DNA of 64,000 nucleotides from Dimorphilus gyrociliatus (lineage: Eukaryota > Animalia > Annelida). The translations under genes were made by a program, and so were the position numbers. The stretch spans positions 868,001 through 932,000 of the forward strand of contig CAJFCJ010000003.1 in NCBI GenBank assembly GCA_904063045.1. Direction: 5' to 3'. The notes under the pieces were generated by a model. The model made no database searches, was not told where the DNA came from, and was given only the letters and a program-made list of their open reading frames with translations. How positions within the stretch are numbered: position 1 is the first letter of the stretch; every line of letters begins with the position of its first letter. Shown here piece by piece: positions 14,100 to 30,000 of the stretch.

Positions 14100-15236
14100 G
14101 TCATCCAGCTATCTGTGTTAATATTGTCTATTTATGTTTTAGTACGGATTTTACTTCCAAAATTTTAAATATAAAATATTTAAATGTATACAATATGTGT
14201 TTTATAGCAATTAGTAAAAGGTTAAAGAAACTACCGTAAGGGGGCGTTCAAGTATATCTAAGTTTTTATTAAATGGTATATTTTAAAATGAAGCTTAGTG
14301 ATAAAAGAAAATAAACTGGAATTAATTTCTTTTTTTTTATTGTAAAAACTTCTTATTCATTTAATTTTCTTAAGGGAACCGAATAATTTTAATTGAGGTA
14401 TTAAATTACAATACTTAACTGATTTCAGCCTAGATGGGCGTATTTTATTTCGATTAAACCAGAATTTTGACAAGAATACCTATAGCTGGTTTAAGAAATT
14501 TAATGTATCTATTTAATTAACACAGAAAGATAGATGGAGACAGAGGCAGATAGACAGGCAGATAAATAGAGAGAGAGAGAGAGAGAGAGAGAATATAGAA
14601 GGAAGGGTAGGGAAGATATAATCAAGGAAAATTAGAATAAGATGTAAAGGTGATCTTATCAAAAAATTTTAATCAACCACTCCTCTCTTAGTTAATATTT
14701 TACCTTAATTAATTTGATCTGTAATTGAGTGGATTATAATACAAAAGCTGTCTCTACTCATATCTAGTATAAGTATATTATAGCATGTTTCTAAAAAGTA
14801 TAGATTGTATAAATACTATGCTATTAGGGTAATAAATTTAATTAATTAGTACAATATAGCTTATTTATAGTGAATACAAACTGTTCTATGTTATTGAAAA
14901 GATAAAGAGAGAGAGAGAGAAGAGAGAGGAAAAGTGAATATACGTTCATACAGTGTAATTCTTGATATTGTTATTATGGAAATGCTTTAATAATTATTGT
15001 TATATATCTACTCAAATTAACTAAATTGAATAAAAAGGGAATACAAGAATAGAGCAATGTTAAAGATATGTCCTTCGTTTTTTATTGGGTAGCCTAATTG
15101 GAATTAATCGATTGCTTTGTTATATCGTTAATGTATTGATAGTTCAAACGTAGGTTTGCCTTTTTACCTTTCCTATTTGTCATTTATAATCATATATACA
15201 GTTTACTATACATGTATTAAAGACAAGCAAAAACTT

Positions 15237-16100
15237 CTAATGAACTACTTTACTTGTTATGTAATATATAAAATACTTAAAAGAAAAATTACACAAGTAT
15301 AACAAACGTAAGGAGGCTAAAAGAATCTGTTTGTTCTCAAGGTCAATCCTTTTAAGTACATCCTCTCTTGTCAAGATAAAGTATGGTGTTGTCATAACTA
15401 TTTGGAAAGCTGCAATAGCAATGCTAACTCTTCCAATTAGCCTTTTATAATATCGGTACGACAGTTTGTCTTCATCACTAGATCTAATCCTCTTCTTACT
15501 GAACATTTGAACTATAAATATAACAATTAATAGTAATATGATTAAACAGGTTGGTATGTAGTTAATAATGATGAAATATATTCCTTTATGAATTGGACCT
15601 ATACAAATTCCATTCGAGAAATATATTTCATCAAGAATGTAGCAAGTAGAGGCTAACGAGAAGATATAGAGAAAAGGTAGATATAGGCATGTCTTGTACT
15701 GGGTCAACCATTTCTTTTCAATTCCAGGTAATCTTTTATAAATAAATTCAAATGTAATTAAAATTACCACGTGCCAAATTGAACATGTTGCAAAAACAAA
15801 TTGTAGATAATAGAGCGATTGGCAGAATACATCCGGTTTTAAGTATGTTTTTATATGATCTTTTGAAAATTTTATATTCAAATAAAACGGTAGATCGTAA
15901 ATTAGGCTAATAGTTAATGTTAATAAGTCTGTTGCAGCTAAACTGATGTAAAATTTCGAACTTGAAATTGAACTAAAAGTTGATGAAGCAAATTTGAGAA
16001 TTTGTTTGCTGTTGAGATAAATTCCACTTAAAAATAATAAGCATCCAGCAATCGTATGAAAAATCCTAAGAAAATCTATACATTTATTATTACAATCCAT
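15237..16100 (-). CDS. Class A (rhodopsin-like) 7TM receptor, FMRFamide/peptide-receptor-like subgroup
   Basis: Seven hydrophobic segments. TM2 has LAATD; TM3 starts FCQ and ends ITFEF in place of DRY; ECL2 Cys; TM5 YIP; TM6 FQIVMTTP; TM7 LCNFSFKYFIY resembling N.S.NF.LY. The 5' end is uncertain (see findings). Confidence 0.85.
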   Translation of the reverse strand: MDCNNKCIDFLRIFHTIAGCLLFLSGIYLNSKQILKFASSTFSSISSSKFYISLAATDLLTLTISLIYDLPFYLNIKFSKDHIKTYLKPDVFCQSLYYLQFVFATCSIWHVVILITFEFIYKRLPGIEKKWLTQYKTCLYLPFLYIFSLASTCYILDEIYFSNGICIGPIHKGIYFIIINYIPTCLIILLLIVIFIVQMFSKKRIRSSDEDKLSYRYYKRLIGRVSIAIAAFQIVMTTPYFILTREDVLKRIDLENKQILLASLRLLYLCNFSFKYFIYYITSKVVH

Positions 16101-17383
16101 CTATTCGAGTGCAACAGATTCATTGGAGGTTTCGCTTTTTTTTGGGCATATATCAGTAATTATATCGTAATTTACAATTTCCTGTTTGTATTCTCCACCA
16201 GTCATTTCTAAAGTTTGGCCTATACTAGTCAATATAATGAAAAGAGAGACTCTATTGTAATTAGCAAAGAGCGATATCTCTCCTTCTTTGTCTCTGTTTC
16301 AATTTTTTTTTTGCAGTATAGTATTAATTTGCAGATAAGAAAGAAAGACAGACAGACAGACAGACAGAGAGCGAGAGATAGAGAGAGAAAGATCAAAGGA
16401 GAAAACCTATTAAATTCTTTAATAGATGGTGGAAATCAGTAAGTCTAAGGGTAGAATAGTAAAATATTAAGTATAATAGGCCTTCAAAGTTAATCTTTTT
16501 AGCTTAACTTGATTGTATTGTTACAGACTTTTTTTCTAATATAGGCTAAAAGTAAAAGTATATAGGCTGTATACGAAAGACAATACCAATGCATTGTTTA
16601 TCGTTCAATATTTGCCTGCAATATGCAGTATGATAACGGATGTAAATGCAGCAAAAAGTGAATTGAGACTATCGAAGAATCGCTTACCTGTTTTCTAAAG
16701 TGGCTCTCTTTTCTTTGTAAATGACAAATACAAAAGTCAAACTAAGCCTATGAAAATCCTATAAGAATTTTTTGAAAGTGCTTAAAATCCGATGAATTTA
16801 TAATTTAAAGTGGAAGGAGGAGGAAGGGTAAGGAATAAAGAGGAGCGTGGGTGGTAGGATGAAGAAGAAAAAGAAGTTTATTAAGCCTATATTGATATTT
16901 CAATTATACATTTCTGAAACATTTACTTAATATTTCTCAAGTATAAAAGACTTGAACACTTAAATAAAAAGTTGTCTATAAATTTTAATAGTCCTTGTAT
17001 AGAGTAACTAAATCTACTTGTTTTCTATTTCATTTGTAGACATTTTTTGGCAAAAAAATCAATAAACCAAACTATATCATGAACTATTGATTAATTCCTA
17101 CAATTATATCGATAATCAACATTTCTTAAAGATCGCCATCTAGCGGCGTCAAACACAATATCTCGTTAGTAACCACTAGACTAAGTCTGAGCATAGGTGT
17201 TGGACGAATATCTCTAAAGGTAAAAGAATATGTTTTTAAAGTATTTCCGTGTTTCGTTGCAAAATATTCTAAAAATAGGCAATGTTACAATGAAATCTAT
17301 AAAGTTGTCTTTAATGAGCTAAATCATAAATTAAATAGTTAAACAAGAGAATAAAAAAAGAAAATTTTGCAGCTTGGAGATAA

Positions 17384-17396
17384 GTTACTTAGCAAC
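17384..17396 (+). promoter_or_regulatory. RFX X-box-like element GTTACTTAGCAAC upstream of tektin
   Basis: Fits the X-box consensus GTYNCY-N0-3-RGYAAC, and RFX factors are established regulators of ciliary genes. Confidence 0.55.
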
Positions 17397-18750
17397 TGAG
17401 ACTGTGGCGCTCCAATATTATTTCTATGTAATATATTAATAGTTATGTAATAGAATGTAGTATATTTTGATATGTCAATTAATTAGATTAGATTGAAAAT
17501 GAAGGCATTCTTCAAATTATTTTCAATTAAGGTAAACTCAGAAGAATTGAAGTTTTTTTTTCTTATCAAACGTTCTTTTTTTTTTTTTCTGTTGGTAAAG
17601 AAAGATAACACATATAGCTAGCTAGCTACTATTACTATTAACTGACCGTTATAAAAGAGACCGCTTTTATCTAAAATATTCAAAAATTTTCAATCATAAG
17701 GTAATACTTTGTTATATATTCAAACAAACATATTATCATGGCATTATAGGGAAAGTGTATTGAACTATTTTAATTATCAATTTTAAATTATAGCTAACTT
17801 GTTAAATAGTATACTAGTTTTTATATCAGTTATTAATAATTTATATTTAAAAATTGACGGCGTCTAATTTGTATTTTACGTGCCAATTGAATAGAAAACA
17901 ATTTAATAATTTGCATAAAGTAACATGACAACAAATGAATGTTTTAATAGAGGTTGTAATATAATTCCAATTCTATAAATGGTATATTTTCGCAGTCTCC
18001 CTTATATTTTATCTTTTTATATAAAAGACAACGGCAATTTTAATGAATAATTGATTGGTTTACTGGACAAATTGTATATGTGTATATATATATATATATG
18101 TGTTTTTTTTTCTTTCTACACGATAAGATTAGACCTTTATTTATATTGGAAAGAAGGTTCTCATACTTCTCAAACTAGGCTTTAACTCTTTGTATGAATT
18201 AATATTTATACTAATTATGTTTATATATAAATTTACTGTATAAACTAATATAATTAAATTTCAAAAATGCATAGAAATACAAATTATAACGTATCTTTAC
18301 GTATGTAATCAATCATTTTAACGATCAGTAATACTTAAATTTTCAATGAGCCACAGTTTACGCTTGAATTTTCAGTTTCTTAGTATTCCTTTTATAGCTT
18401 GGCAACCATCAGAAAAGGTTTCTCCACTCTTTTAATTATTAATATTTTCGTTAACATAGATAAGCTTCCTATCTATTTTTATAGATATTAATGCAAGCTT
18501 TGCTAAAATGAGGTCATAGTTTTGTTAAGAAGATTAGAAATATTCAAGTTTTGTCTCAGTTCTTTTAGAAATTGAAAGAAAAAACGGAATGAATAAATCT
18601 AGATTTAATGTGTTTTTTATTACGTTGGCATTAGAAATAGATTAGCTTAGGAACTTTCAATTATATGAATCACTATATAAAGTTAAGAATTTTTAATGGT
18701 TCCTATGTAAACCTATAATGCGCAAACATCTCTTTGAATGCGTAATAAGT

Positions 18751-18764
18751 TTCACCTAGGCAAC
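18751..18764 (+). promoter_or_regulatory. RFX X-box-like element TTCACCTAGGCAAC about 30 bp upstream of the tektin ATG
   Basis: Perfect GGCAAC half-site with one mismatch in the left half, next to a ciliary gene start. Confidence 0.55.
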
Positions 18765-18794
18765 AGTTACTAAAGCGTCACTTTCATAGGAGGA

Positions 18795-22926
<4,132 letters not shown>

Positions 22927-23338
22927 TCACTTCTTCTATGAGAGGAACAAAACAGAAAATATATATTAACAAAAAAATGAAAAATTGGGAGAGATGCTAC
23001 AGAATAGGAATGATTATATTATTTAAATATATTAAAAAACGTATAGATTATAAAGAGAAAATATCAAACTTATATTTATATAATAATGATAATAAAATAA
23101 TATATTTATCGTTTTTTTCATTCTTTTCCTTATTTTTCTGAAAATTTGCCTGCTGATCACCGACTTATGCTTGTACCAACTCAGTATTGACTATCACCAT
23201 TTTCTGTGTAATGTGGCATGTAAACGGTCAATAATAAAGTTGCTTTAACAAAAGAAGAAATATAATAATTACATATTAATTATTCATTTATGAATTGCTT
23301 TAAGTCTTAGTTATGACAGTTTTTATAGAGCACCATAT

Positions 23339-23383
<45 letters not shown>

Positions 23384-24063
23384 TTTACATTTATATGTAT
23401 TCGTCTTATAACATCAGTCAATAAACTTGTACTAAGCAGAAACTGCACCGGAAATTACATAATGCAGAAAAAATATTTCCACTTCTTTCATGAATAAATA
23501 AAGAGAGTATTATTTTTTTTATTCATTCATTCAATTCTATCGTACTTAATTTATTATAAGTAAACTCTAAAATGTTGATTTTACCTAACCGAGCCTTATT
23601 AAATCGGTATATAAACATAAACACTATATTTTGCAGACAAGCAGACAGACAGATAAATAGAGTGCCATTCCTCCTTTTTCTTGTTTAAAAACTCTTTATT
23701 TATTAATTAACGAAAAGAGAAAATGAAAAAAAAGAGCCTAAAAAGAGAATATGTTTACTTTTCGTTTAATATTTCTTCTTATATTTCTTATTTTATTATT
23801 TAGAGAACTATAAATAACAAACCCCTTACAAATAAAAACACCTTGTATAAAACTATAATTAATAAACAATTCAAAATATAGAAAGAATACTCATATTTGC
23901 CTATCGTTCAATAACTTTTATAATTTATATATACATAAATAAATATATATATGTATATATATATATATATATACAGTCATAGATACAGTAATCTAGTCGT
24001 TTTTGGTTTCTTTCAGTGGTTTTTAGCCATTTCTAAGTATTAATTTCATCAGTTTTTCTTTTT

Positions 24064-27000
24064 TTAGCTAGAGACGCATCGCGCAAAGTCATTTGCATCT
24101 TCAACACATATTTTTCCTGATGGACATACTTTGTACGAACATCTCTCTGCAACAACAAATGTATGTATTATTACTTCTTAATAGTTATTATCTAGGTTTC
24201 AAATTCTAAAAATTACCTTTATTTGTACACTGATCTGCAGGTATATTTTGGCAGCTGTTTCCATTCCACAACCAGGTAGAAGGACAGGAGTTTATTGTGT
24301 GAATCTGATTTGAGCACGAAACTGATTTAGAGCAATCTTGGTGTCTATAAAGTCCATCTGTTCTGTTTGAACAGAAAAAGCTCTCGGAGCAATTAGAACC
24401 CATCCAATCGTCACTACATTGGCAAGTAAACGAACCTTCAATATTAGTGCAATTATTAGCTGCATTTGAGCAAGCTTTCTCCCCTAACAACACACACTCG
24501 TTGACATCTATAATGTACATAGTGAAAAGTGAAAAACTCTTATATTTCTATGAAAATAAATAAACGATTTTAGTTTATTACCAGTTAAACATCTCGGCCC
24601 TGTCCAGCCCTCATTACAGTCACAGATGCAGTAATCTAATCGTAGAGATTTCTTATTCCCGTTACCACAAGTTAGATTATTGCATGTTTCGGCCTCAAGA
24701 TGACAATATTCACCATAATAATGGTTATCGCAGTGACACTTGACATAATTTCTTGTTTCTTCACAACGACCACCATTTTTACAAGTACTGGCATCACATC
24801 TGTCTGTGAAAGCCGAAAACAGTTGCGCAAGTTAAGCTATTATTTCACTACTTAAGATATATCAATTTGAAAAAACAAACCTAATGGCTTGCATTCTGTC
24901 AATGAAGAGTGAACACAATCCAGTTTATCTACATCAAAAGTTTGACCAACAAAACAATCCTCTATTTTATGAACTTCGCTTGTACAGTTTACAAACTTCG
25001 AACAATCAGTATGACGATAAATTCCATTAACTTCTTGATCGCAATACCAACTTTTCTCACAAACATCGCCTTTCCACGCTTCTGAACATTCACATTTAAA
25101 ACTTCCAAATGTATTATTGCATTTATTATCCATTCCACATGGATCTATTTCACCAGAGCATTCATCAATATCCTCTGAGCAAAATTGCCCTTTATATCCT
25201 TTAGAACACTGACATTTACATAACCCACTTGACGCTGGCAAAACCTCCGATAAACCATTTGAGCAGCTAAGAGTTGAACAATTCATAGCCTTATACTCAC
25301 AAAAAGAGCCATAATAAAGTGGATCACAAGAACAATTTGGTGATATTTCGGGACCATCAAAACACACTCCATTAGAGTTACAAGTAGACATAAGACATCT
25401 TTCTGTTAAAGTTATAAATAAAAAAATACAGATAATCAGTTAAATTTACGGCTGCCAACACATCACATCAAAATCATCATAAAATCAAAATACAATTACC
25501 TATTGGTTTACATTGTGTCAAGGATGAATGAACACATTCCAGTTTATCAACATCAAACGTTTGACCAATAACGCAATTCTCTATTTTATGAACACCGCTC
25601 GTACAGTTTACATATTTGGAGCATTCAGTATGGCGGTAGACACCATCGGTTTTGTTGTTGCAGTACCAACTTTTATCACAATTAACACCATTCCATGCTT
25701 CTGAACATTCACATTCAAAACTTCCAATTTTATTTGTACATTTATTGTCTGAACCACAAGGACTTGGTTTCTTTTCACATTCATTAATATCTTCTGTACA
25801 GAACTGACCGTTGTATCCTTGTATACATTGACATTTACAAAGATCTTCTGTTGAATCCACAACATCTTTCGTTCCGTGTGTACAATTCAGTGTTGAACAA
25901 TTCAATAGTTTATTTTCACAGTAGGTTCCGTAGAATCCATTGTAGCATGTGCACTTAGGAGGTGTCTCAATGCTATCGACACATTCCCCGTGAAAGCTAC
26001 ATGTTGAATTTTTGCATCTCTCTAATAAATAGACAAGTTATATAGCGATTATTTACATTGATATATTCTTTATATAGATAGTCGATAGATACAAACCAAT
26101 TGGTTCACATTGTGTCAAGGATGAATGAACACACTCCAGTTTATCAACATCAAACGTTTGACCAATAACGCAATTCTCTATTTTATGAACTCCGCTTGTA
26201 CAGTTTACATACTTGGAGCATTCAGTATGGCGATAGACACCATCGGTTTTGTTGTTACAGTACCAACTTTTATCACAACTAACACCATTCCAGTCTTCTG
26301 TACATTCACATTCAAAACTTCCAATTTTATTTGTACATTTATTGTCTGAACCACAAGGACTTGGTTTCTTTTCACATTCATCAATATCTTCTGTACAGAA
26401 CTGACCGTCGTATCCTTGTATACATTGACATTTACAAAGATCTTCTGTTGAATCCACAACATATTTCGTTCCGTGTGTGCAAATTAGAGTTGAACAATTC
26501 AACAGTTTATTCTCGCAGTAGGTTCCGTAGTATCCATTGTAGCATGTGCAATTAGGAGGTGTCTCAATGCTATCGACACATTCCCCGTGAAAGTTACATG
26601 TTGTATTTTTGCATCTCTCTAATAAATATGAAAGTTGTGGAGAAAAAAATTGTAATTATATAATTTTTAAATAAAAAGTAGATAGATACAAACCAATTGT
26701 TTCACATTGTGTCAATGATGAATGAACACACTCCAGTTTATCAACATCAAACGTTTGACCAATAACGCAATTCTCTATTTTATGAACTCCGCTTGTACAG
26801 TTTACATATTTGGAGCATTCAGTATGGCGATAGACACCATCGGTTTTGTTGTTACAGTACCAACTTTTATCACAACTAACACCATTCCAGTCTTCTGTAC
26901 ATTCACATTCAAAACTTCCAATTTTATTTGTACATTTATTGTCTGAACCACAAGGACTTGGTTTCTTTTCACATTCATCAATATCTTCTGTACAGAACTG

Positions 27001-30000
27001 ACCGTTGTATCCTTGTATACATTGACATTTACAAAGATCTTCTGTTGAATCCACAACATCTTTCGTTCCGTGTGTACAATTCAGTGTTGAACAATTCAAT
27101 AGTTTATTTTCACAGTAGGTTCCGTAGTAACCGTTGTAACATGTGCAATTTGGAGGTGTATCAATGCTATCGACACATTCCCCGTGAAAGTTACATGTTG
27201 AATTTTTGCATCTCTCTAATAAATAGACAAGTTATATAGCGATTATTTACATTGATATATTCTTTATATAGATAGTCGATAGATACAAACCAATTGGTTC
27301 ACATTGTGTCAAGGATGAATGAACACACTCCAGTTTATCAACATCAAACGTTTGACCAATAACGCAATTCTCTATTTTATGAACTCCGCTTGTACAGTTT
27401 ACATACTTGGAGCATTCAGTATGGCGATAGACACCATCGGTTTTGTTGTTACAGTACCAACTTTTATCACAATTAACACCATTCCATGCTTCTGCACATT
27501 CACATTCAAAACTTCCAATTTTATTTGTACATATATTGTCTGAACCACAAGGTCTTGGTTTCTTTTCACATTCATTAATATCTTCTGTACAGAACTGACC
27601 GTCGTATCCTTGTATACATTGACATTTACAAAGATCTTCTGTTGAATCCACAACATCTTTCGTTCCGTGTGTACAATTCAGTGTTGAACAATTCAACAGT
27701 TCATTCTCACAGTAGGTTCCGTAGTATCCATTGTAGCATGTGCAATTAGGAGGTGTCTCAATGCTATCGACACATTCCCCGTGAAAGTTACATGTTGAAT
27801 TTTTGCATCTCTCTAATAAATAGACAGGTTTTGAATTGATTAGTTACATTGACATAAGCTTTAAATAGAAAGACCATGGATACAAACCAATTGTTTCACA
27901 TTGTGTCAATGATGAATGAACACACTCCAGTTTATCAACATCAAATGTTTGACCAATAACGCAATTCTCTATTTTATGAACTCCGCTTGTACAGTTTACA
28001 TACTTGGAGCATTCAGTATGGCGATAGACACCATCGGTTTTGTTGTTACAGTACCAACTTTTATCACAACTAACACCATTCCATGCTTCTGCACATTCAC
28101 ATTCAAAACTTCCAATTTTATTTGTACATTTATTGTCTGAACCACAAGGACTTGGTTTCTTTTCACATTCATCAATATCTTCTGTACAGAACTGACCGTT
28201 GTATCCTTGTATACATTGACATTTACAAAGATCTTCTGTTGAATCCACAACATCTTTCGTTCCGTGTGTACAATTCAGTGTTGAACAATTCAATAGTTTA
28301 TTTTCACAGTAGGTTCCGTAGAATCCATTGTAGCATGTGCAATTAGGAGGTGTCTCAATGCTATCGACACATTCCCCGTGAAAGTTACATGTTGAATTTT
28401 TGCATCTCTCTAATAAATAGACAAGTTTTGAATTGTTTAGTTACATTGACATAAGCTTTAAATAGAAAGACCATGGATACAAACCAATTGTTTCACATTG
28501 TGTCAATGATGAATGAACACACTCCAGTTTATCAACATCAAACGTTTGACCAATAGGGCAATTCTCTATTTTATGAACTCCGCTTGTACAGTTTACATAC
28601 TTGGAGCATTCAGTATGGCGGTAGACACCATCTGTTTTTTTGTTGCAGTACCAACTTTCATCACATTTATCGCCTCTCCATGCCTCTGAACATTCACATG
28701 TAAAGCTTCCTTTTGTGTTTGTACAGGTATTATCTTCTCCACATTGAGCAGCGATTGTTTGATTGTTGCATTCATTGATGTCGTCTTCGCAAAATTGACC
28801 TGTCCATCCTGTTTGACAATTACATTTGCAAAATGTGTCGTTTAGAGTCATTTTTTCGATTTGTGCATTGTTTTGGCATTTTATTGAGTCACAGGCATTG
28901 TATGTGTAGTTGCAAGTTGTGCCATAGTAAAATGAATCGCAGTGACATTTTGGATTGCCTCCATTTATATCCACTGAGCATGTACCATGATTATTGCAAG
29001 TGGTTTTTGTGCATCGCTCTTAGTTTGAAAAAATATACATTTTAAATATGATAAGAAGGAAATTATTGTTTACCAATGATATTGCAGGATAGTAGTCCAG
29101 GGTTAAAGCATACACCATTTTTATGGTCAAAAACTTGGCCGGTCACGTTACATTTCTCTATTGAATGGCTGTGATTGCGACAATGGAAAGCTTTGTCGCA
29201 GTCGTAATGTGGATAAAGACCATCAGATCTTGAATTACAGTGAACACTTTTGTGACATTCATTGCCGAACCAATCTGGTGAACAGAGACAGGAAAATGAA
29301 CCATTAAAGTTAGTACATTGATTCTCCTTTCCGCACTTGAACAAATTTGCACATTCATCGATATCTATTTTATTGGATGGGTAAAACATTTATGAATGTA
29401 AAATTAATTAATTAGCGTATTTTACCCTCATCACAAGTATCGTTGGCTGGGAAAATTTTCACATCCTTCTTTGTCCAACCTTTATCGCATACGCATTCAC
29501 AATAGCCCTTTCCAGTATCAATACCTTTACCATTCTGACAAACTAATTCGTTACATGATTTCTTTGGATATTGACATCTGTCACCATAAAATTCTGTAGC
29601 ATTCTTATCGCAAGTACACTGAATCTTATAAGTCTTTGAGGAGAACAAGCAAGTTCCACCATTACAAGTCACATTTGTGCATTTCTCTGTTGTGTAAGAA
29701 TATGAATGAAAATACTAAATTTGAATCATAACGCAAAAATTAAGAAGAGAAATCAGGCTGCTAATTATTTTACCTGGTTCATTACAGGTAGCACCACTAG
29801 GTGAGCACTGTACACTAATGGTATCAAATTTATACTGAGAAGGACAATCCACCACAGCGTGATTATTTTTTGCTGTACAGTTGAGGTATTTTTCACAACT
29901 TATTGGATGTTGCAAAATTTTACCAAGATCTTCTTCTTTACAGAATATACCTAAAAACATTTTCAATATGTTTTAAACTGTAAAGAGCATTTGAAATAAT

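Noticed and set aside
25608-28346. Repeated 74-103 aa alternative-frame and antisense ORFs in the EGF/CBM14 array
   Set aside because: They recur only because the underlying exon is duplicated, and they have no recognisable domains.
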